DNA of 63,082 nucleotides, filler included, from Reticulomyxa filosa (taxonomy: Eukaryota > Protista > Foraminifera), in NCBI GenBank assembly GCA_000512085.1. It is 19 parts of 19 records of this genome, joined end to end, with 100 filler letters (N's around TTAATTAATTAA, not from the genome) between each part and the next. Parts side by side here need not be neighbours in the genome. Positions count along the whole stretch, not along the records: positions 51,696 to 57,663 come from ASPP01029309.1; positions 57,764 to 61,463 come from ASPP01041769.1; positions 61,564 to 63,082 come from ASPP01019329.1; 16 more parts are not named here. One strand, written 5' to 3'. This document shows positions 53,401-63,082 of this stretch, one piece after another. The notes under the pieces were generated by a model, which saw nothing but the letters and a program-made list of their open reading frames with translations, was not told where the DNA came from and did not search any database. The stretch's first letter is position 1; the number at the start of each line of letters is the position of its first letter. Both the position numbers and the translations under genes were made by a program.

Positions 53401-55974
53401 AAATGTATTGTTGAAATAAAATTAGTTCTTTATGAGACTGCTAAAGCAATTCGAAGTGAAAACAGACAAAACTGATAATATATAATCAAATATACCAAAA
53501 CAATAGAAAGTGTAAACATAGAACTGTACATATAAAGATGATTGTTTTCTACTTGAAAAAAAACATTTAGAATTCGTTTTTCATTTTAAAAAATATCTTA
53601 CAAACAGTGTAGTATTATTTTATTTTATCTTTAGAATTTTTTAAAAAATTTGAATTTTTCAAAAGCAAACAGTAGTGTTTTTTTTTATTCGTGAAATTTG
53701 TCAATTTTGTGTTCAAATTACAGAATTGCAAAAGAAATTCGAAACAAATAATGCTTAATGATTGTTTCTAAAAGAGAATAGCAGGAGTAATTAAACAAAC
53801 ACAAAAATTTTGTTAAGTTATAGTCTAGATATTTGTGATAACTTTATTGACTGATAGACTAATTTGCAATAACATTTGCAGTTTTTTACAAAAAATTAAG
53901 AAAGATAAAAAATGAAAAATTACATCAAGTTTAAATGCGCTTTATAGCTTGCTTTTTTAAATCAGATTTTGTAACTTTGTTTTGTTGTAGATTTCATAAT
54001 TATAATTATTACAGTAATCAATGTTCTTTTTTCGATATTATCAATTCAACAAGTTAGTCAAATGAAGAAATTTATGCGAAAAGCAAACAAATAGAAGAAA
54101 TAAAGAAAAACAAAATAATTACTAAGAAAAAATAAAATTAATCAAATTATTTATTTACTATTTTGCTTTTTATATAATGAATGTAAATGGTTATTCAGTT
54201 ATTGATATAAAATATTTTTTTAAATTATCTTTAGTAATTTTAATGTAAGTGTCTTTAATTCATAAAGTCTTTTTATATTTTTATAATCTATTTATATGCT
54301 AATTGTTCGTGTGATCATTTTACATTATCAAAACAATTTTTGTGATGTTTATATAATATATTATTAAAATAAATTTTTGATACATGAAATGACCGTATGT
54401 CATTATATAAATATTTTCATATTTATTATAAATATAAAATATACATCTGCAGCAAACATATACTCGCTTTGTGTGATTTGTATTTCTTTATTTCATACAA
54501 GTCATTATGATTCTTGACATACATTGACTAATGTGAAAATATATGTCTATCTTTATCAAAAGTTCTTGATCTAATTCATCATGTTATAAATACAAATTTT
54601 TCTTTTTTTACTTAAACTTTATGTATAGTCAATTTCGCTTTATACAATTATAATACAAGTTCGATATATAAATAAAAAATTGATTTTAAGGATTCGACAA
54701 AAATAGATTACCGAGTCCTGAATTTTATTTTCTCACAAGAATCTATTAAAAAGAAAAATGTTTTTAAGGATTTATGACTACAATTGTGATAATTATTATG
54801 AAAAAAAGAAAATAAATTCAATAATATATTATAAAGATTTTTCATATTTAAAATTTTGTACAATATATATTAAAATGTAACATTGTAAAGTAATGCAAGA
54901 GAAATTTCAAAACTGCTGAATGATTTATTAACTTATAGTCCCAAGTCTGAACGATAATCGTAGCAAAATATAGACATAAGCAAAAATAAGAATAGCAATA
55001 TATAATTCAATATCATTTTTCTTGCAAGATAAGCGATAAAAAAATTTTCAAGTCTTTCATGAAACTGATATTTCAAAAAGTGCAAAATGACAAGTTTAAT
55101 TGAATTATCAGTGTTTATTAGTTCTATTATTGGTTTGTTGAATATTATTTAATTGACAAAAATTAAAAAAACACTTGTGTCGGCAAAAATAGACAATGCC
55201 CGACAGACAGGAAAGACAGATATAAAATTTAGAAAAGAGAATGACATTACACAACAATAAAGTTTCAAGAAAGTAGTTGATTTTATTTTTTCTCTTTGTC
55301 ACTTGACATAAAGAAAATATAAATTAAAGAGAAATACTGAATAAAGTAGAAAAGGGGTTTTAAAGAAAAAATAGCGAAATTAACTAGTTAAAGTATTTAC
55401 ATTTTAATACAATTCATTTTGACTAATTTTTCAAAGTAAATACAATGTATAGAGATAAAGAGTCTTTTTTGATGTTTCCTTAAAAAATTAAAGACAATGT
55501 TTGCGAAAAAATAAAGATGCAAATTTATCGAAAAAAGAATTTTCAAAGATCAAAAGTGCAAGCCAAACTCTACAATGCAATTCTCAAGTTGTTACTTAAT
55601 TGGAAAAAGAATGAAAAAGAAAAACACTTTTTCCAGAGATATTTCCAGAAATGGAAAAAAGAAAGAGCCCAAAACGGGAAAAATTTTTACTATTTACGAA
55701 AATTTGGTCTTATTTTTTGTTTTTTCGGTGCACCAAGTAGTTCAAGATCAGATTATTCATTGATCTTTTCTACATTAGTCTCAAACGAAACTCTTGGGCG
55801 TTTTCTGGTAATCTTTTTAGTTTGCTCCGTGACTGGTGCTTCTTTTTCGGCGTTTTTCTTTACATACCTTTCAATTGAGTACTTGATCTTTTCATCACTA
55901 ACATCAAACACAATCGATTTCAACTCCTCCTGACAAGCAATAAAAGCTTCATAACAATAATAAACAAATTAAAT

Positions 55975-56628
55975 TATTCGACAGACATTCAGATGCTGTA
56001 TGCTGTGTAAAATTCTCATCATATTATTATCAAAACTATCATCAAAATATCGTTTGTTCTTCATCACTTGACAACACCGTTCGTTTTTGGGATTTCAAAC
56101 ATAATAAACAATTAAAAATATTCAGTGGATACAAAAACGGTGTTTATGGTATTGAATTTTCACCATTTAATGGTGGTAGATATTTGTGTTCTGGCTCTGG
56201 TGACAAAAAAATTTGTTTATTTGATGTTGAAACACCAAAATTATTACATGTTTTCAATGGACATAACAAGGTTATTTGGTGTGTTGATATTTTACCATTA
56301 CAATGCAATAATAAAATGAATAATATTGGTGGAAATGGATATACAATTTGTTCCGGATCAAGTGATAAAACCATTCGAATATGGGATATTGAAAAACCAA
56401 ACAATTAAATGTATTCAATGGACATGAATATCGCATTACTAGCGTAAAATATGGATAAATGAATTATTAAATACAATATTATCTGGATCATATGATAAAG
56501 TGTTCGTTTGTGGGATATTCAATTAAATAAGAAATTATTTGTAATTACAGAAAATGGAAAAGATGATGCAATCACTTGCATTAAATTTATTAGATTGAAA
56601 AAGAATGGAACCAAGTTGTGCCATGGTA
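55975..56628 (+). pseudogene. 5'-truncated WD40-repeat pseudogene
   Basis: HSDAVCCVKFSSY...RFWDF...CSGSGDKKICLFD...GNGYTICSGSSDKTIRIWD, with frameshifts. Confidence 0.82.
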
Positions 56629-56795
56629 AAAGATGAAAGTAAATGGGTTTGTGTGTCATATGCAAAACCACTTGGAATAGTTACAACAAAATTGAATGCG
56701 ATACAACTGAACGAGGTTTTCAATGCATTGACAAATGGTCTAAGCGATGAAAATTTTTAGTTCGTATTTCATGTGCAGGATCACTTGAGATAGTT
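56629..56795 (+). pseudogene. HEAT-repeat fragment
   Basis: KDESKWVCVSYAKPLGIVTTKLNAIQLNEVFNALTNGLSDENF..VRISCAGSL matches the HEAT consensus LxxxLxDxxxxVRxxxAxxL. Confidence 0.6.
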
Positions 56796-57523
56796 TTTTT
56801 ATCAAATGATCAATAAATTAACTTTTTACCTTTCCAAAGATATAATTTAGAAATATTAATTTGTGAAGAAGTTATTAAAACAAACAAAAAAAGATTGGAT
56901 ATCTAAGTTAGAGTGTCTGTCACATCCAACCAACAAATAAAAATCAATACCAAAGCACCACAAAGGTGATAATTCTTTCGACAGCAACAAGTTTTAAAAT
57001 GATGCAATGAAAAAATACAATTGAAATTGATCACAAGGAGCGTGTGTTAATCAATATAATATGAGTGTTATCTTATCATTTGTGCAATGAACAATCCCAA
57101 CAAAATTGCATATTTTATCACATGTGCTGAGTGAGTCAAATCCTGCATCGATATTCCAAAAATGAAGAAAATTGAGATGGACACTATTACTACAGGATGA
57201 TCAAAAAAGAAGAAATTTAAATATACTACATTAATGGAATAAATAAGATAAATATCTTGTAAAATTTGAAGTACTTTTAACATAATTTATCAAAATGATG
57301 TTATTCATATGGAGGGAATGCCATTTAAACTAAAAGTTAGCATTGAAGGTAAATTCTACTTCATAATACTTCAGCTTTCAAATTAAAAAAATAATTTGAA
57401 ACTGGCAAAAATAAAAATCATTTCAGTTCAAAAAATTGGAAAATAAAGAAACAAAATGAAATTATTTGTGGAGCCTACAGTAGGTTGCAAAGAAAACTGA
57501 ACATATCCTATGATGATAATTAA

Positions 57524-57625
57524 TTTTCTCCATGAAAAGTCAACATTTAGACCTAATTTTTTTTAAAAAAATATCTACAAGTATTGTAGTTTTTAAATAT
57601 GATATTGATTTTTTAATAGCTTTTT
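57524..57625 (+). repeat. Dispersed non-coding repeat, copy 2
   Basis: Homologous to 34801-34890. Confidence 0.65.
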
Positions 57626-57763
57626 TTTTTTGCTGAAATCAACATTCTTTCAAATGATTTTTGNNNNNNNNNNNNNNNNNNNNNNNNNNNNNNNNNNNNN
57701 NNNNNNNTTAATTAATTAANNNNNNNNNNNNNNNNNNNNNNNNNNNNNNNNNNNNNNNNNNNN

Positions 57764-59300
57764 ATTAAATGCATTTGTGGTGATGCCAAACGCAAATAAT
57801 AGGAACACAAGAAATTGCAGTGAGACGAACGGGCAAGTACACTCCAATCAACACAGCAATACAAATATATTGATAATATCATGTGACACGTTGCTCAACC
57901 AACCAGCCAACTATGTGTGGAAATGTGAGCAATATCTAAAATTCTACAATGACATTGCATACACATCGACAGTGCAAATTTTCAACAATGAATCGGTGCT
58001 ATTAAAAATCGAAATTATACGTATTTTCCAAAGTGCTCTTGTTACAAATCCAAATCATTCGCAAGCCAAAATGCTGTCAATGAATATGATCATATCCACA
58101 TCATGTATATCATCGACTATCTACAAATTGACCCGCAAAGCTGTAACACTCAGGTAAATAATAGGGGATTAAATGGGAAAAAAATGTTCTTGATGAAAAA
58201 AAAAGATGTGGTTTACGTATCGCAATAGATAGTAAGGGGGATGATGTATTGTGTATATTATGAATTTGAAAGGATTTTAAAAAAAAAAAATCAATAGCAT
58301 ATTGACGACTGGTGAAGTAGAGGAAATGATATGCACGTCACTGTCGAATAAAGCGTGCAATAATCAAGAGCGAGTGTGTTTGCGATCAATTGTTCAATGC
58401 ACAACATTGCCGAGAGCAGAGACTGCAACCATAAATACTATCTGTAGCAGAGGCAGATTTATTTTTCCAACATCGCTCGCTATCCAATCCAATCAAATCA
58501 CAATCTCAAAATTCGCCGGCTATTTTGAAAATATTGTCCAATGCTGCAATGTTAAGTTATTTTTTTTTAACTTCCTTTTTTTGTTTGATAACAAACAAAC
58601 AAAAATTGATAGTGTGACTACGCGGTGCCATTATTGAATGGAAAATGGATGAACAACACATACTTTGACACATTGTCCAGCCATTTGCAATTGCTGGTAC
58701 AAACTGTGACTGAAAGTTTGTTGTTGCCATTCCATCGTCCAAAAAACATTGCCTTTAATGATAGAGGCACTGTTAGCGCAAATGAGGAAACTGGGAGACA
58801 ACGCATCAGACGATCAAGTCGATCGTGGTACCCATACTCTTTTATGCAAATCAGCGCTCAGTTCTTTAAGGCGTGGTTTCTAATGGCACTTAGCCGTCTG
58901 CTCATGATATTGCACGCAATAGACAAAGACTCGCATTGCAAATAATCGCCTCTTCCACACAATGCCCCTAGTCCATCTAAGCATTTATATTCAACAATAT
59001 GTCTCAATAGCTCAATTCAAAACGTCCACTATATCACTGGATTTTGCCAAGTTATTTTCGTTTTGTTTTTTTTGTTGTTGCAATTATAGACATTATTATT
59101 TTGTTTATTACTTGTGTATAGGACTCGTGATGGCATACAGTGTGAAAAATAATTGTTGGAATTGGAACAGCAGAAAAGATTGAACGAATACCACCACTAC
59201 ATACTGTTGTAGTTTGCAATGCGAGTGGTGCGTTGCAATATGAAGCACCAAGAGAAGGTAAAGTCTTTTGTTTTTCATTATGTTCAATTTATAATTATGA
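57764..59300 (+). CDS. Hypothetical multi-exon protein
   Basis: ORFs 57777, 58302 and 58625 join through GT-AG introns (58551-58612 checked in frame). No domain recognised. Confidence 0.45.
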
Positions 59301-61563
59301 CTTGTGCGTTTGTTTACAATAGAACACCGTTCAATGCAATGAAATGAAAGAAGAACATGGGGTAGAAACCACCCCCGTCTCCACAAGGAGAAACATAGGT
59401 TTGTTCGATTGATCCTTTTTTTCTGAATATGTCCAAATGTTGTATTATTTATAATATAGGTTCCCCCGCCCGCAAGATGTACAGATTATGTCCCCCTCAC
59501 TATATACACACAGAAAAAAAAATGGGGTTGAAATCTACCCCGTGTCAGAAAAAAAAAAGAAATGTTTGTGTATGTTTATATTTATTTATATATTATTTTC
59601 TCATATAATTTGATTGTTGTGATAAATAGGAATTCCCCCTTCAAAGAAAAAAGGATATATATGTATATTTATTATTTATTTGTTGTACACCTCCCCAAAA
59701 AAGAACAAACGCATTTGAAGTGTTACCACAGGAAAAAAAGAAAATGAAAATTAGATCGTGATACACTTATCAAAGTTATAAATATGTTTTTTTACTTGTT
59801 CTTTAAATATACTTTGTTTTTGTGTATGTAGACATCAGGGACAAAAAAGTATGTCATTTTTCTTAAAATTATATTTGGGAAAAAAAGTGGATAAATTGGG
59901 TAATACGTTGATGGTGAATTGTATCATACGCATAGCGCGACGATAATGATGACGATGAACACAAAGGCAATACCAATGGTAAATGACAACATCAACGAGA
60001 ACGATAAGGAAGAACGTAGTGGTCTAATATTTCAATTTGGCATTCGTTTTTTATGCGGTTCGATGTAATAAAGATATCTAAGTGAATTGTTGTTAGAAGT
60101 GGGCAATGTACGGGATTCAGTGATTACAGTACAACTAACACTGCTCTAATTTTAAAATATCAATACGCCTCCAACAGACTTTCGGGCTCTATACTTAGCA
60201 TAAAAGTCTTCCTGGAAATCGATACAATTAACAATCGCAGCATCCAGTTCCATTAATTCAAAAATCCATATTAAAGAGTGCACAGTGAACAACTTGTGCT
60301 TCCAAGCTATTTCTGAAATCACGTTCGAATTGACTACCAATTGTACCATGTCGTCCAAAGAGTTCAGTTTTGTTTATTCTCAAATCTTAGGCAGATTCGT
60401 GCGAACTCGAATAAGTATTACAAAGTATTCATAGCTTGTCTTCAATCCGAAGATATGTCCCACATTATTAATATTTGTATACTTATGAGTTGAATATTAA
60501 CTCAAGACAATACAATGCAAAATCCTGCGTGTCCAAATTTCTCCATCAAAAGGAAAAAAAGGCCAATCGGTTGAATTACATTCGGAGAAAGCAATTACCT
60601 TTCTCTTTCTTCAATAATTTACAATTGTTGTGTTATTCATATATGTAAATTTAAAACAAAAACTTTATTCAAATGAAAGCGTTAGGGGTTATTAATAGTT
60701 TGTCCAAAGCAGAGTCAGCACATAATACGTATCCTATTGCTGATCATATCTTGACTGGTACTGTTTATGACCCATCTGAGCACATCTGGTAATAGCGCTG
60801 CTAATATTGCTTCCTATCCAAATCGCGCGCTACAGGCGGTCAATATTGAACTTATTAACACGGCCTGCAGACAAATGAATCGGAACCAGTTTCAGCAATC
60901 TTGGGACCGGCCCCACAAATTGGTCAATTGGAATTTGAGAAGCAATTTACAATTACACTGCCTGTCTTAAAATGTGATCTGTATTACACTAAGGATGACA
61001 AAGATAACGTGCTCTATTTGAAGGTATATATTATTTGTATCATATTTTCAGTTATTGTACTAATGTCTTAATCAAAATAATGTGAACATGGACCTTTTCA
61101 TTGCAGAATGATTTACTTTAGGTTTGGAGTGAAAGAATGAAGAAAAAGAAGAGTAAATTAATAGAAGGAAAACAGAAAAAAAGCAAACATGCCGATCAAT
61201 AGTATTAGTAACACATGAATTATATTAAGAATATAATAAATAATAAGGAATCGTGCAAGGAGCATGAACTTACTGGAGAAGCAAAGAGACAATATGAATA
61301 TGGCCAACATAATACATCCATAAAAGATGCTGACACGTGCCCATCAAGAGTATTAGTAGTTATGGATGATATTTATGGAAATAAGACACTAGTGACAATG
61401 AATTATTATGTGTTTGCAATATTCAGATCACGTGCAATACTTTTACTCGCTCAATCTGACTTANNNNNNNNNNNNNNNNNNNNNNNNNNNNNNNNNNNNN
61501 NNNNNNNTTAATTAATTAANNNNNNNNNNNNNNNNNNNNNNNNNNNNNNNNNNNNNNNNNNNN

Positions 61564-62940
61564 CACTCCAATGTTCTCCACGTACTGTGATAATGCAACG
61601 AATACAAAGTAATTGCGTCGCATCCAACACGCCCGTCTGTAGGTCACAGTCGATTTGGAGACCATCACTGCAACAGGCGAGTGCCTTGCGTCTGTCGAAT
61701 AAGTGACGGTAATCTTTTGCCGAACTGAGCCAGTTCTCTCTCTCTATCTACTTTCACAATCATTAATGCTTATGCTACTCGCGATCTTATCATTTCTCCC
61801 ATCGGCAGCACACGGGCGGCTAAAAAGCCAAAGTTGCGGATATGCGCACGGTCACGGCCGGTATCGACATCAGTAATAGCTCTATTTTTATAACAATCGC
61901 GCTTCAATTGCCCGTTAGAACATGGAAATCGCAGCTCGACTCCCTCTTTGTGGATGATTGTTGAAGTGACACAGCTCCAGAGATTTGTGTGCACATATGT
62001 TGATGGTCAAGTTCGTTCCAATTGTTCGCGTGACCACTGCAAAGCATTTCCACACACTTTTTCATTGTCTTTGATCGGCGTGCGTTCTATTGGAAGGTAG
62101 TGTATGGGTCTGGAAACACAAAGTCTTCACTTGCGGGCGTGAAGAGCCATACACAACCACACTTAGAAAATCTAGAGATAATTTTTTTTTTAACAATCCA
62201 ACGCGAGATTCTTTCTTCATTACCATCTTTCTCTTACTCTTCCTCATACTTCTCTTCTTGCTTGTCAATACCTTCACGGATTTTCGCACACCTCCACCAA
62301 GTTGAGCCACTTCACCTGGAACATTCTCCCAATGATCGACTTTCTCGATTGCAATGAGTAACTATTTCCTAACGATTTCCACGTTCTTTGCTTCATCGAT
62401 TTCCACTTCTTCTACGTAGTCGTTGCGGCACCATCTTTTCTAATTTGCGCGTATTACAATGTCTTTCGTTTTTCTTGGCAATTTCTTTTGTTATCTGGAA
62501 CCAAGGCCCAACTTTCCGGAATTGGTCGAGAAGATCTTGTCCAACTGTTACACAAGAGCGGATGGCTTTGCAATTGAAAAAATCGTCTACCTTTTGATGA
62601 TAGACAATTTTGCGCGACATTTCTAGCATATCCAATATTCCCATTGCAATTTGATAGGATGGGAATTACCATTTTTATTCATTTTTTTCATTCTTGTGCA
62701 TTCATTGCTAAGATTCCTACCACCAACATACGCACACGATCTGACACCCAAAGTTGCGAATGTGCGTACGCACACAACGTTTTCATAATTGCCACTTTCT
62801 CTTGCTCGTTGGTGCCTGCAGATCAAAGTTTAAGTTATCTTTGGCGCTTTGCCATGTTAATAATTTTCTGAAGAAATTTGTTTGCGCCAATTGTTCGGGC
62901 TGCCATTACATACGCTTCCACAACTTATTCATTTTCCTTG
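61564..62940 (-). pseudogene. Degenerate coding sequence of unknown family
   Basis: Higher-GC coding-like minus-strand fragments in shifting frames, with an internal repeated motif. Confidence 0.35.
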
Positions 62941-63000
62941 TTTAGCGCGTTCTATTGGAAAATAGGCAATCTAGAACACGCAAAGCTACACTCAAATATT

Positions 63001-63082
63001 TTATTCACTATCTTATTCACTATCTTTTTTCCCAATGCTTTTTTCCCAATGACTTTTTCCCAATGATTTTTTCCCAATGATT
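63001..63082. repeat. Short tandem repeats (TTATTCACTATC x2; about 14-nt TTTTTCCCAATG-based unit x4)
   Basis: Directly visible; runs off the end of the window. Confidence 0.85.

Noticed and set aside
1636-61563. Recurring TTAATTAATTAA palindrome as a biological repeat or CRISPR-like array
   Set aside because: Always centred in exactly 88 Ns; it is a six-frame-stop assembly linker. ORFs ending in X...LIN are artefacts.

Overview
This is not a continuous locus. It is 19 short contigs joined by 18 identical 100-nt artificial linkers (N44-TTAATTAATTAA-N44), so no gene neighbourhood across linkers is meaningful. Seventeen contigs are AT-rich, intron-containing eukaryotic DNA. The WD40, Kelch and HEAT repeat families, the abundant pseudogenes and the homopolymer-rich introns look to me like a foraminiferan (Reticulomyxa filosa-type) draft genome; that is recognition-based inference. 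Recognisable genes, mostly partial and some broken by probable homopolymer errors, are an RNF213/mysterin-like AAA+ protein, VPS13, a MAP2K, a CCA-adding enzyme, TMEM256/DUF423, an AGC-kinase tail, a two-SAM coiled-coil protein, a 7TM-like protein, a RING/TRAF-zinc-finger-coiled-coil-WD40 protein, further WD40 genes and pseudogenes, and non-LTR retrotransposon remnants. Two GC-rich contigs are bacterial (an RND efflux pair; a GAF-GGDEF-EAL protein). The most interesting signals are: (1) near-identical WD40 paralogues whose differences concentrate in a few codons after each GH motif, resembling diversified immune-receptor repeats, attached to swappable N-termini that include a ubiquitin-ligase-type module; (2) an apparently RING-less RNF213; (3) introns with U-rich 5' halves, A-rich 3' ends lacking a polypyrimidine tract, fold-back potential and GTY donors; (4) a tandem pair of candidate box C/D snoRNAs; (5) a MAP2K with Glu at an activating phosphosite.
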